Source: Archangiaceae bacterium (GTDB taxonomy: Bacteria; Myxococcota; Myxococcia; Myxococcales; Myxococcaceae). Taken from it: a stretch of DNA of 20,163 bases. The DNA is taken from positions 1-20,163 of the forward strand of contig JAYVCD010000141.1 in the NCBI GenBank assembly GCA_043750125.1, read 5' to 3'. The translations under genes and the position numbers were made by a program. How positions within the stretch are numbered: the stretch's first letter is position 1; each line of letters opens with the position of its first letter. This document shows positions 1-9,336 of the stretch, piece by piece. The notes under the pieces were generated by a model that was given only the letters and a program-made list of their open reading frames with translations, was not told the DNA's origin and made no database searches.

Positions 1-1
1 T

Positions 2-724
2 CGCCTCGGCCTCGACATCCAGTCCGAGTACGCCCAGTTGGCGGCGATTTCCAAGTACGTCGATGACACCCGGGTGCAGCGCAAAAACACCCCTGAAGAC
101 GAGAAGGCCTTCCTCGAGAAAGTCAGCTTCGAGCGCAAGGCCCTCGACGCCGTTCAGCTCGAGCTGGACAAGACCCGTCAGTTGTTGGCCGACCAGAAGA
201 ACAACGCCGAGAACGCCGTCGGCGGCGATGAAGCCCTCAAGCGCGAGTTCGACCTGGCGCTCAAGGCGCAGCGCGCCACCTATGAGCAGGTGCGCGGACA
301 GCTTCCTCCCGAAAGCGCGCAGGTGATGTTGCGCGCCGACGTGGTACGGGCCGATGCCCAGGGGGTCAAAGAGCGCATCGCGACTGCGAAAAACACGCTT
401 CGAGATCGCGTCGTGCGGCGGGCAGAGAAGCTGCGGGAACAAGTGTTGGTGGAACAAGCCCAGCTCGAAGGCTACGGCCGCGAGGTCACCGGGATCAGCA
501 CCGACGCCCGCGACCTGGTCGGTCGGATCGCTTTCGACAGCTTCAAGCGCGTGCGTCAGAGCTTCTACGACCTGGTGCTGAAGGCCGACGTGGGCGTGGT
601 GGACGTGGCCTTCACCCGAAAACAGGACAAGACCGCTCAGATCCAAAAGCTCTCAGCGCAAAAAGACCGCGAGCTGCGACAGCTCGACGATGAATTTAAA
701 GAAGTCCTCAAGGACGTGGATTGA
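2..724 (+). CDS. 5'-partial helical/coiled-coil protein, probably the C-terminus of the GltC/NfsC-like TPR gene of a Glt-paralogue cluster
   Basis: The frame is open from base 2 to TGA at 722-724, so the ORF-track start at 38 is internal. The C-terminus is a charged coiled coil (..LVLKADVGVVDVAFTRKQ..). Its stop overlaps the ATG of the GltD-like gene (TGATG). The GltC-like identity is inferred from position. Confidence 0.6.
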   Translation, partial: RLGLDIQSEYAQLAAISKYVDDTRVQRKNTPEDEKAFLEKVSFERKALDAVQLELDKTRQLLADQKNNAENAVGGDEALKREFDLALKAQRATYEQVRGQLPPESAQVMLRADVVRADAQGVKERIATAKNTLRDRVVRRAEKLREQVLVEQAQLEGYGREVTGISTDARDLVGRIAFDSFKRVRQSFYDLVLKADVGVVDVAFTRKQDKTAQIQKLSAQKDRELRQLDDEFKEVLKDVD

Positions 725-3700
725 TGGGTCGCCTGCTCACGACGTCGCTGGTCGTCTGTTCCATCTTCGCTCTGGCACAGCTGGGCAACGGCGCCGCAGC
801 CGCACCCGCCCAGGCCCCCGCACCCGCGAAGAAGGCGGACAAGAAGAAGGCCGACGCCGGACTCTCTTCCGAAGCAGCCCGGGGTCCCCGCCCGGCTCCC
901 TCTCCGTCAGGGGCGATCGAGCCCACCGTCGACGGCGGAACCAAGGCCGACGCAACCCCTGCCGAGAAGGTGAAGACCCGCTATTTCGAAGGCATGGGCC
1001 GCAGCCCCGCCGAGGTCGCCCAGCTCGAAGAGCTGTCGAAGACCCTGCTGGAATACGAGTCCGAGTCCAAAGAGTTCAAGCGCGAAGTCCAGCTGCTGGT
1101 CGAGCGGAAGTACGAAGAGAAGCGAAATACCCTCGCCAACAGCTACGAGCGCGCGATTCGCGACCTCGAAGTGCTCGAGCGCCGCGAGCGCCTCGATGCC
1201 ATCGCCCAATTCGAAGAGTTCCTCCAGCGCTACCCGGACGACCCTAAGTACACGCCCGACGTGACGTTCCGGCTGGCTGAGCTCTATTACGAAAAGACCA
1301 GCGACGATCATTCGTTGGCGATGCGCGATTACGAAGAGCGGATCAAGAAGATGGATCCCGAGAAGAACGTCACGCCACCGCCCGAGCCGAAGGTCGACTT
1401 CAGCAAGTCGATCGCACTTTATCAGCGGCTGATCGCCCAATTCCCAACTTACCGGCTCAACGACGCTTCGTATTACCTGCTGGGCTACTGCCTCGAAAAA
1501 CAAGAGAGCTTCGATGCCAGTCGGTCGGCCTACGCGGACCTGATCGCCAAATACCCCAAGTCGAAGTTCACCACCGAAGCGTGGGTGCGCATCGGCGAAT
1601 ACTACTTCGATGCGTACGACGTGAAGAACGCGCTCGCGCTCTCGGCCGAAGCCTATGAGCACGCGATCGTCGACACCAAGCACGCGCTCTACGACAAAGC
1701 CCTCTACAAGCTGGGCTGGGTCTATTACCGAATGGATCGCTTCGACGAAGCGGTCGATCGCTTCATCGCGCTGGTCGACTTCTACCAGGAGCAGGCCAAA
1801 GCCAAGGGCGAGGAAGAAGTTGGAGGCGATCTGCGCAGTGAGGCCCTGCAGTACACGGCCGTCAGCTTCGTCGACGAGAAGTGGGGCAGCCTCGCCAAGG
1901 CCCAGGAAAAATTCAGCAAGATCGGCGGCCGGGCCTGGGAATCGGAAATTTATCGCCGCATGGCCGACATCTACTTCGACCAGACCAAGCACCCTGAGGC
2001 GATCGAGGCCTACCGGTTGGTGCTGTCGAAGAACCCGCTGGTCAAAGACGCTCCGCAGATTCAGCAGAAAATTGTGCAGGCCTATGAGCGCGACCGGAAG
2101 CTCGATGAAGCTTTTGCCGAATCGTCCAAGCTCTCGAACATGTTCGGCCCCGGCACTCCCTGGCACGAGAAGTGGAGAAGGGATCCCGACATCATCACCG
2201 CCGCCGCCGAAATGGCTGAGAAGAGCCTCTATTCGACGGCGATCTACCATCACCAGCAGGCGCTGGTGTTCAAGCAGGAAGGCAAGTTCGAGCTGGCGAA
2301 GACGACCTTCGAAAGCGCCGCCAAGGCTTACGACACGTACCTCAAGCGTTTCCCGCGCAGCAAGAACGCCTACGAGATGGAATTCTACCTCGCCGACTGT
2401 CTATACAACTCGCTCCAGTTCGCCGAGGCCGCCAAGCACTACAACGCGGTGCGCGATTCCAGCCAGGACGTGCGCTACCTGTCTGAATCTGCTTTCTCCG
2501 CCGTCTTGTCGCTGCAGAAACAACTCGAGCTCGACGTCATCCGGGCAGTCGCCCCCAACCTTCCCGTCCTCACCAGCGCCAAGCGCCCTGAGAACGAGAA
2601 GATTGCGATCATCCCGATGGTCGATTCAGAGAAGGCGTTGGTCGCCGCTTCCGACGCCTACGTGGCGAAAGTGAAGGCCGACGAGAAGTCGCCCGGCATC
2701 GCCTACAAAGCTGCCGAGCTCTTCTACGTTCACAACGACTTCGAAGAGGCCCGCAAGCGGTTCAAGAACATCATCTCGACCTACCCCAAGTCCGAGGTCG
2801 CCAAATACGCCGCGAACCTCACCGTCGAGACGTACCTCATCGACAAGAACTGGGTGATGGTCGAAAAAGTGGCCCAGGAGCTTTCGGCGAACAAAGACGT
2901 AATTGACCCGAAAAGCGATCTGGCCAAGGACCTCAACAAGTTCAAGTTGGGCGGCCGGTTCAAGTTGGCCGAGCAGCTGATGGCTGAAGGAAAGTTCGAC
3001 GACGCGGCCAAGAAATACCTCGAACTGGTCGACGAAGATCCCAAGCACGAGTTTGCGGACAAGGCCCTGAACAACGCCGCCGTTTGCTACGAGAACACCC
3101 GGCGGTTCGACTCGGCGCTCCGGTTGTACGAGCGCATCACCCACGACTATCCCCAGTCGAAGCTCGCCGGGGCCGCGCTCTTCCGCGTCGCCGTCAACGC
3201 CGAGAACAGCTACGACTTCGACAAGGCCGTCGTCAGCTACCAGAAGCTGGTGAAAGACTACGACAAGAGCAAGGACCGCGAGGCGGCGCTCTTCAACACT
3301 GCCCGTCTGCTCGAAGGACTGCAGCGCTACAACGAAGCGGCCACCGCGTATCTGCGCTACGCAGACCTGTATCCGAAGAGCGAAGATGCTCCGAAGAACC
3401 AGTTCCGAGCCGCGCTCATCTACGAGAAGCAGGCCGACTACCCGAAGGAAATCAGCGCGCTCAACGAGTTCGTCCAGAAGTTCAGCAACGACAAGAACCA
3501 GGTCGAGCTGGTCGTCGACGCCAAGAAGCGAATCGCCGAGTCGTGGCAGAAGCTGAACAAGGAAGTCGAAGCGAAGAAGGCGTTCGCCGCGGCTGCTGAC
3601 GAGTTTGATCGCCGGGGTCTGAAGCCAGAGACCAATCCGGTCGCCGCCGACGCTGCAGCGATTTCGCGTTTTCAGCTCGCCGAGTACGACTTCAAAGAGT

Positions 3701-4224
3701 TCGACCGGCTGAAAATCGGCGGTTCCGGCAAGGCGCTCGAGAAGAGCTTCACCGCCAAGAAGGAATCGGTGAAGACGGTGTCTGCCAGCTACGACAAGGT
3801 CATCAAGTACAAGCGAATCGAGTGGACCCTGGCCGCCTTCTACCGAAAGGGCTACCTGCTCGAGCGCTTCGGCGCGACCATTCTCGAGACGCCGGTGCCC
3901 CCGGAAGTCAAACGAGCGGGCGAAGAGACAGTCGCCACCTATCAAGATCTGCTGGCCCAGCAGACGGTCGCCCTCGAGGACAAAGCCGTCGAGAACTACA
4001 CCCGCACGCTCGAAGAGGCGCGCAAGCAGCACATCTCGAATGAGTGGACCAAGCGAACACTCGAGTCGCTCAATCGCTTTCGTCCCAAAGAATTTCCGGT
4101 GCTCAAAGAGCCGAAGCTGCTGTTGGCGGGCGATGCGGTCTACCCCGATGGCGTCGTGGCGGGCGTCGAAGGCCCGGTGCGCACGGTCGATGCTCCACAG
4201 AAGCTCAAGGGTGACGAAAAATGA
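724..4224 (+). CDS. Large periplasmic TPR-repeat protein, GltD/AgmU/NfsD family (~1166 aa)
   Basis: Signal peptide MGRLLTTSLVVCSIFALA. Many Tol-Pal/BamD-like TPR units (AWVRIGEYYF, ALYKLGWVYY, YLKRFPRS, FADKALNNAAVCYE, ALFNTARLLE). C-terminal ..ALEDKAVENYTRTLEEARKQHISNEWTKRTLESLNRFRPKEFP resembles GltD-family ends. ATG 724 is preferred over TTG 721 because of the TGATG overlap. Confidence 0.8.
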   Translation: MGRLLTTSLVVCSIFALAQLGNGAAAAPAQAPAPAKKADKKKADAGLSSEAARGPRPAPSPSGAIEPTVDGGTKADATPAEKVKTRYFEGMGRSPAEVAQLEELSKTLLEYESESKEFKREVQLLVERKYEEKRNTLANSYERAIRDLEVLERRERLDAIAQFEEFLQRYPDDPKYTPDVTFRLAELYYEKTSDDHSLAMRDYEERIKKMDPEKNVTPPPEPKVDFSKSIALYQRLIAQFPTYRLNDASYYLLGYCLEKQESFDASRSAYADLIAKYPKSKFTTEAWVRIGEYYFDAYDVKNALALSAEAYEHAIVDTKHALYDKALYKLGWVYYRMDRFDEAVDRFIALVDFYQEQAKAKGEEEVGGDLRSEALQYTAVSFVDEKWGSLAKAQEKFSKIGGRAWESEIYRRMADIYFDQTKHPEAIEAYRLVLSKNPLVKDAPQIQQKIVQAYERDRKLDEAFAESSKLSNMFGPGTPWHEKWRRDPDIITAAAEMAEKSLYSTAIYHHQQALVFKQEGKFELAKTTFESAAKAYDTYLKRFPRSKNAYEMEFYLADCLYNSLQFAEAAKHYNAVRDSSQDVRYLSESAFSAVLSLQKQLELDVIRAVAPNLPVLTSAKRPENEKIAIIPMVDSEKALVAASDAYVAKVKADEKSPGIAYKAAELFYVHNDFEEARKRFKNIISTYPKSEVAKYAANLTVETYLIDKNWVMVEKVAQELSANKDVIDPKSDLAKDLNKFKLGGRFKLAEQLMAEGKFDDAAKKYLELVDEDPKHEFADKALNNAAVCYENTRRFDSALRLYERITHDYPQSKLAGAALFRVAVNAENSYDFDKAVVSYQKLVKDYDKSKDREAALFNTARLLEGLQRYNEAATAYLRYADLYPKSEDAPKNQFRAALIYEKQADYPKEISALNEFVQKFSNDKNQVELVVDAKKRIAESWQKLNKEVEAKKAFAAAADEFDRRGLKPETNPVAADAAAISRFQLAEYDFKEFDRLKIGGSGKALEKSFTAKKESVKTVSASYDKVIKYKRIEWTLAAFYRKGYLLERFGATILETPVPPEVKRAGEETVATYQDLLAQQTVALEDKAVENYTRTLEEARKQHISNEWTKRTLESLNRFRPKEFPVLKEPKLLLAGDAVYPDGVVAGVEGPVRTVDAPQKLKGDEK

Positions 4225-5987
4225 AGCGCGCTCTCGTTGTGCTGTGGGCGCTCTGTGCTTCGTGTGCCACGACTCCCCCGCCGAAGCCGACTGCCGTCCG
4301 CGCGGGCGGTGAGACTCCCGAAGTTCCCTATCAACCTCAACCGGTGGCCGGCAAACCCGCCGAGCCCACTGCGAGCGCGGCGGCGCCGGCAACGGGCGGC
4401 GAGGTCAAGCCGGTGGCCGCCGAACCCCCGGCGCCAACCAAGCCCACGTTCGATTCGCAGACTCAGAACACGTTCAAGGAAGGCGTCGAAGCCGCTTCGC
4501 GAGGCGATCTCGATGCTGCCGAACGTTCGTTCAAGTCGGTGATCAACCAGAACAGCAAAGCCGACTACGCCTACACCAACCTGGGAATGATTTACGAACG
4601 GCGCGGGGACGTTTCAGGCGCAGAGACCGCCTACCGAAAAGCGCTCGAGATTCGGCCGGATCAAGACGTGGCCTGGGACTCCCTGGCGCGCCTGTATTGC
4701 CGAACCAAGCGCTGCAACGGTTTCGAGAACGAAGTGCGGCAGAAGATCGCCGAACAACCCGCGGCGCTCGGACTGCGCACGGCCCTCGTCTACACCTTGA
4801 TGCAGCAAAACAAGTTTGAACCGGGCGCGGCGGAAGCCAAGAAAGTGCTCAAGGCCGATGAGCGTGACGTTCGAGCGATGCAGTTGCTCGCGCAGATCTA
4901 CGCCCGTGAAGGGAAGAACGAATTGGCGAAGATGGTTCTCGAAAACGCCCGCGCCATCGACGGCAACGACGCGGGCACCCACAACGCGCTTGGAATGATC
5001 TACCTCGCGCTGAAGCAGAAGCCGCAGGCGCTCGAGTCCTTCCGCAAGGCGTCCTCGCTGAAGCCAGACTTCGCCGAGGCGAACAACAATTACGGCGCGC
5101 TGCTCAACGAATCGCAGGACTACGACGCGGCGATCCTCGTCCTCGAAATGGCGGTCAAGAGCGCGCCCCAGTTCGTCGCTGCCCGCTTGAATCTGGGCAA
5201 CGCCTACCGGGGGAAGCAAGATCTGCCCAAGGCCATCGAGCAGTACAAGCAGGTGATGAACTTGAAGCCGGAACTGGCCGACACCTACTTCAATCTGGCG
5301 ATCCTCCACCTCGACTCCGAGATTCCGAACCTCGACACCCTCGATCGCTTCAAGACTTCGATCGCCTACTTCCAGCAATACCGGGAAAAGGGGGGCAGAG
5401 ACGATCGCGTCGACCAGTACCTGAAGGACGCGGCGAAGGGCGGCGAGAAGGAAGAGAAGCGCCGCGAACGCGAGAAAAAAGACGTGCTCAAGAAGGCCCA
5501 ACGCGAAGTCGACGCCAAGAAGCAGGCGGAAGACGACGCGAATAAAGCCAAGGCCGATTCGGCCGCTGCGGCGAAGAAGGCCGATGCGGACGCTGCCAAA
5601 AAGAAATCTGATGACGAAGCCCTGGCCAAGAAGACGGAGCTCGATGCGGCCAAGCACAAAGCGAGCGCCGATGCGGCGGCGGCAAAACAAAGCGAGGCGA
5701 GCAAGAAGAAGCAGGCGATCGCCGATGCCGCGGCGGCCAAGCAGGCGGCCCTCGATGCGAAAAAGGCTGAAGCGGAAGGAAAGAAGAAAGCCGCCGCGGA
5801 CGCGATCGCCGCGAAGAAGCAGGCCGCGGCCGACGCAATCGCGACCCGGAAAGCGGAGTCCGAAGCAAAGAAGAAGGAAGCCGCGAATTCCACAGCTTCA
5901 AAGAAGAACGGGGCCAAGCTCAAAGACCCGGATGACGAACCGCCCGCCGCGCCTGCCTCGCGTAAGCTGCAGTCCGACGACAAGTAA
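4221..5987 (+). CDS. TPR lipoprotein, GltE/AglT/NfsE family, with a long Lys/Ala-rich C-terminal tail
   Basis: Lipoprotein signal MKRALVVLWALCASC. Pro/Ala linker, then tandem TPRs (AYTNLGMIYE, THNALGMIYL, ANNNYGALL, ARLNLGNAYRG, TYFNLAILHL). ATGA overlap with the GltD-like gene. Confidence 0.8.
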   Translation: MKRALVVLWALCASCATTPPPKPTAVRAGGETPEVPYQPQPVAGKPAEPTASAAAPATGGEVKPVAAEPPAPTKPTFDSQTQNTFKEGVEAASRGDLDAAERSFKSVINQNSKADYAYTNLGMIYERRGDVSGAETAYRKALEIRPDQDVAWDSLARLYCRTKRCNGFENEVRQKIAEQPAALGLRTALVYTLMQQNKFEPGAAEAKKVLKADERDVRAMQLLAQIYAREGKNELAKMVLENARAIDGNDAGTHNALGMIYLALKQKPQALESFRKASSLKPDFAEANNNYGALLNESQDYDAAILVLEMAVKSAPQFVAARLNLGNAYRGKQDLPKAIEQYKQVMNLKPELADTYFNLAILHLDSEIPNLDTLDRFKTSIAYFQQYREKGGRDDRVDQYLKDAAKGGEKEEKRREREKKDVLKKAQREVDAKKQAEDDANKAKADSAAAAKKADADAAKKKSDDEALAKKTELDAAKHKASADAAAAKQSEASKKKQAIADAAAAKQAALDAKKAEAEGKKKAAADAIAAKKQAAADAIATRKAESEAKKKEAANSTASKKNGAKLKDPDDEPPAAPASRKLQSDDK

Positions 5988-5998
5988 GGATTTCGACC

Positions 5999-6241
5999 AT
6001 GCGCTGGCTTGCAATTTTCACGTTCCTTTTGACCTCTTCAGCCTCGCTGGCGCAGGCTCCTGCCCCTACGGCCAAAAAGAAAAAAGTGATCCGCCTCGAC
6101 GCGCTCACGGTTGAAGGGCGCATCCAGAAACCCCAGGCGTTCTACATTCTGCAGCGCAGCACGTTGAACTTCGACGAGCTCAACCGGGCTGAGTCGTTCA
6201 TCCCCAAGGTCGAGAAGAGCGTCGAGAAAGATGTGTTTTGA
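5999..6241 (+). CDS. Small secreted GltF/CglF/NfsF-like protein (80 aa)
   Basis: RBS-like AAGGA upstream. Signal peptide ending ASLA. Core VIRLDALTVEGRIQKPQAFYILQR. Size and position between gltE- and gltG-like genes match GltF. Confidence 0.7.
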   Translation: MRWLAIFTFLLTSSASLAQAPAPTAKKKKVIRLDALTVEGRIQKPQAFYILQRSTLNFDELNRAESFIPKVEKSVEKDVF

Positions 6242-6311
6242 GCAAATTGAGATAGTTAAGGAGTCTGGCCGTTCGGAACCTGAATCGGTCAGTTGAGGTC
6301 TGAGGAATCAA

Positions 6312-7631
6312 ATGCCCCCCGCGCCCGCCCCTGGTCACAAGAATCTGCGTGTTGCGCTGATTCAAGGAAGCAAGATCACCGAAGATCGCTCGCTCAAGCG
6401 ACGCGGTCCGATCACGTTAGGTACCGACTCGAGAAACACGTTCGTGGTCCCGGTGAGCAACCTCCCGCCCGCGTACACGCTCTTCGAATACATCAACAAC
6501 CAGTACACGCTCGTTTTTACCGAGCAGATGGACGGCAAGGTGAAGGTGGGCGACGCCGACCTCAGCTTTGCGGCGCTCAAGCAGCAGGGCCTGGCGAAGA
6601 AGCGCGGCAGCCACTACGCGCTGCCGCTCAATGAGAACATGAAGGGCCGCGTCTCGGTGGGCGAGGTCTCGCTCCTCTTCCAATTCGTCACCCCTCCTCC
6701 CGAGCCCCCCCGTCCCGAGCTGCCGCCCGGGGTGAAAGGCAGCTTTTTCGCGGGGCTGGATCAGTTCTTTTTCACCATTCTCGCGGTGAGTCTGTTCATT
6801 CATTTTTCAGGTGCCAGCTACATCGCGTGCCAGCCGATGCCTGAAGAGCGCGAGTTGTCGCTCGATGAGCTTCCCGACCGATTCGCGAAAATAATGATGC
6901 CGGTGCAGATCGACAAGCCACCGCCGCCGAAGGTCGTCGAGAAGGGTCCGGAGAAGAAAGAGGACGCCAAAGAAGAGAAGAAGGAAGAAGCCAAGGTCGC
7001 AAGCCCTGCGGACAAGAAAGCAGCCATGGAAAAGAGGGTCGCGAGCAAGGGCCTGCTGAAGATCCTTGGCTCCGCCGGCGGTGCGGGGGCCCTCGAAGAC
7101 GTTTTGGGCAACAGCACCGGAGGCGCGGCGATCTCGGACGCGCTCAATGGAGCAGGCGGAGTGGGCGTTGCGACCGCCGATTCTCTTGCGGCCGGCGGTC
7201 CCAAGGGCGGGGGGGCGGGCGCTGCAGCTGGCATCGGCGACCTCGGCACCTCGGGCGCAGGAAACGTGAACATCGGCTCCAAGGGCGACACGGTGATTCG
7301 GGGTCGCGTGGCTGATGCGGCACCCGAAGTAGAGAGCAAGGACGTCGATCGCGAGGCGCTGGCTCGCTACGTCCGATCGCGCAAAGCGGCAATCCAGGGT
7401 TGCTACGAGAAAGAGCTGAAGCGAAACCCGTCGCTGAAAGGCAAGGTCGTCGTCCGCTTCACCATCACCAAGATGGGGCGCGCCAGCGAGATTGGAATCG
7501 AAGAAGACACGATGGGCAACGAGGCGGTCGGCAGTTGCATCAAAGCGATCATCCGGGGCTGGGTGTTCCCCTTCAAGCCCGAGGACGACGTGCCAGTCGC
7601 GTATCCGTTTGTGTTCTCTCCTGCGAGCTGA
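6312..7631 (+). CDS. GltG/PglI/NfsG-like inner-membrane TonB/TolA-type energy transducer (N-terminal FHA-like beta domain, single TM, AgmX/PglI TonB-C-like domain)
   Basis: RBS GAGGA. Beta-rich cytoplasmic N-terminus. TM FFTILAVSLFIHFSG contains S-x3-H. Pro/Lys linker and Gly-rich stretch. C-terminal YVRSRKAAIQGCYEKELKRNPSLKGKVVVRFTI...CIKAIIRGWVFP...VAYPFVF. Confidence 0.82.
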   Translation: MPPAPAPGHKNLRVALIQGSKITEDRSLKRRGPITLGTDSRNTFVVPVSNLPPAYTLFEYINNQYTLVFTEQMDGKVKVGDADLSFAALKQQGLAKKRGSHYALPLNENMKGRVSVGEVSLLFQFVTPPPEPPRPELPPGVKGSFFAGLDQFFFTILAVSLFIHFSGASYIACQPMPEERELSLDELPDRFAKIMMPVQIDKPPPPKVVEKGPEKKEDAKEEKKEEAKVASPADKKAAMEKRVASKGLLKILGSAGGAGALEDVLGNSTGGAAISDALNGAGGVGVATADSLAAGGPKGGGAGAAAGIGDLGTSGAGNVNIGSKGDTVIRGRVADAAPEVESKDVDREALARYVRSRKAAIQGCYEKELKRNPSLKGKVVVRFTITKMGRASEIGIEEDTMGNEAVGSCIKAIIRGWVFPFKPEDDVPVAYPFVFSPAS

Positions 7632-7672
7632 AGGCTGTCTAAAATGCCCCCCGGGGTCCCAACCGGGGTGAC

Positions 7673-8629
7673 ATGAAGCAAAAGCGGCTCAATGAAGTGC
7701 GGGCGCTCATCTCCTCGGCTGACTTTCAAGCCTGGTGGAGTCAGCTGAACGACAACCGCGAAGGGCTGCGCGGGTTGGAAGAGCGTTACGAAGAGCTGCT
7801 GGGTCAATGCACGCTGACTGAGTTTCGAGCCGAGCTCACTCAGAAAAACGCGATCGACACGCTGTACCGCGCGGGCGAACACGAAGACACTGCCGCCAAC
7901 ATGTTGTTCGAGGCCACCGAGCTCGAGAACAAGAGCTTCAAGGGAGTGGCCGAATTTGAAGAGCAGCGAATCCGGGCTTCAGAAACCTGGTACCGCCTGG
8001 GCGCGGCCGAGAAGCATCTGGAAGAAGCCCGTGAGAAAAAGCACAGTGCAGGTGAAGTGCTGGCCCTGGAAAAGGGGCTGAAGCAGCTGGCCGACGACTA
8101 CGCGCGAGAGGAAGGCAGGAAAGCGCGGTCGTGGGACGAGGTCGAACGCCTCTGGGCCCGGAGCGCCGAGGTCAATCTGCGGGTCGCTGAGCAACGCGCA
8201 CTGGGCAAGAAGGTGCGTCGAAATGCCGAAAAGTTTTTTGGCCTCGCCGATGAGCGCAAGCAGAAGGCCAGGGAGCTCAAGGTCGACACGGAATTCGCCG
8301 CTCGAGCTTTGGAAACCGCGAAGGCACGTCGATCGGGAGTGCTGGAAGAAGCACGAGAGAAGTTCGGCTGCTCGGCGGGCACGGACTTTCTCTATTTTCG
8401 GCACCGCGACGACCAGCAAATGGCCTACTGCATAGCTCTGCTCGAAGATCGCGACGGTTACAATCTGGAGGTCAGGCCATTGGCGGTGTACCAAGTCGAT
8501 CGCACCCGTGGGGTCGCCTTTCTCGAGCCGGCACGGGTCGCTTCATTGTCCCAGGAAGAAGGCGATCTTCGGTTTGAAGAATATTTCTTGAGAGGGCGCA
8601 AAGGCGAAGTCGGCGCCGGTGGAGGGTGA
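7673..8629 (+). CDS. Hypothetical cytoplasmic coiled-coil protein with a small C-terminal beta domain (318 aa)
   Basis: Long ORF co-oriented with its neighbours. E/R/K/A-rich helical body, no signal peptide or TM segment. Ends 3 nt before the cNMP gene. Confidence 0.7.
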   Translation: MKQKRLNEVRALISSADFQAWWSQLNDNREGLRGLEERYEELLGQCTLTEFRAELTQKNAIDTLYRAGEHEDTAANMLFEATELENKSFKGVAEFEEQRIRASETWYRLGAAEKHLEEAREKKHSAGEVLALEKGLKQLADDYAREEGRKARSWDEVERLWARSAEVNLRVAEQRALGKKVRRNAEKFFGLADERKQKARELKVDTEFAARALETAKARRSGVLEEAREKFGCSAGTDFLYFRHRDDQQMAYCIALLEDRDGYNLEVRPLAVYQVDRTRGVAFLEPARVASLSQEEGDLRFEEYFLRGRKGEVGAGGG

Positions 8630-8632
8630 ACG

Positions 8633-9079
8633 ATGGAAAAACTATCCGTTCTTTCCAGTTCGCCACTCTTCGAGATGCTCTCGAAACAAGAGCTCGAGGC
8701 GATTGCCGAGCTCTCGCGGCCTCGACGCTTTTCCGCGGGCCAGACGATTTTCGAGGAAGGCGAGTTGGGTGACAGTCTGTTCGTCATCGGCTCAGGAGAA
8801 ATCGAGGTCGTGCGGCGAGACGCGACAGGAGAGCAAAAGGTGATTGCGGTGCTCCTCGCGCCGCAATTCTTCGGGGAGATGAGCTTGATCGACAAAGAAT
8901 ATCGATCGGCCACCGTTCGAGCGCGCAGCGAGGCCGAGTTGCTTCACTTGACCGCAGAAAACCTCACTACGTTTCGCAAGCAGCACCGCGACGGCTTCAC
9001 TTTCGTGGTGATTAACATCGCGCGCGTCCTGTCGGGCCGCCTGCGAGAAGCCAACACCCGTTTGGCCGCCCGACTGTGA
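8633..9079 (+). CDS. Stand-alone cyclic-nucleotide-binding domain protein (CAP_ED, no HTH)
   Basis: FSAGQTIFEEGELGDSLFVIGSGEIEV and phosphate-binding cassette FFGEMSLIDKEYRSATVRA. Ends after the C-helix (LSGRLREAN). RBS GGAGG. Confidence 0.88.
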   Translation: MEKLSVLSSSPLFEMLSKQELEAIAELSRPRRFSAGQTIFEEGELGDSLFVIGSGEIEVVRRDATGEQKVIAVLLAPQFFGEMSLIDKEYRSATVRARSEAELLHLTAENLTTFRKQHRDGFTFVVINIARVLSGRLREANTRLAARL

Positions 9080-9263
9080 ACTTTCGCCCCGGTGTAGAAA
9101 TATGCGCTCCCGCCAAAGTTTCGCAGCCCGGAGGACCCCTGCGAGGCAGGCCGTCAGCAACTTGTCTCTCGACTGGCTCGGGACTTGAACTCGGCTTGGG
9201 GTCTGAATGGCAGTCGCAGGCTGGGACACCAACAAGAGAATGAAGCAGTTTGGCAAGCTTGCG

Positions 9264-9293
9264 TTGACACATCGCGCAATAGATCTTTAGAGT
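9264..9293 (+). promoter_or_regulatory. Putative sigma70-type promoter for the secreted protein/beta-barrel/OPX unit
   Basis: Perfect TTGACA (9264-9269), 18-nt spacer, TAGAGT (9288-9293) in a ~257-nt intergenic region. Confidence 0.55.
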
Positions 9294-9336
9294 ATCTCCC
9301 CGATTGCAACTCGGGATTCGGGAAGGGGTAGGTTCT

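Noticed and set aside
907-5983. Long minus-strand ORFs (907-2253, 2626-4392, 4614-5690, 5366-5983)
   Set aside because: Antisense shadows of the GC3-biased TPR genes, with no recognisable motifs.
724-7631. Assigning gene symbols gltD/E/F/G or nfsD-G
   Set aside because: Family membership is supported, but gene context (no gltH-J downstream) suggests a paralogue. Orthology needs phylogeny.
7649-7668. CCCCGG/CCGGGG stem covering the RBS of the 318-aa gene
   Set aside because: A 6-bp all-GC stem is expected by chance at this GC content.
9251-9268. TGGCAAG...TTG as a possible sigma54 promoter
   Set aside because: The required GG-N10-GC spacing is not met (TT at the -12 position).
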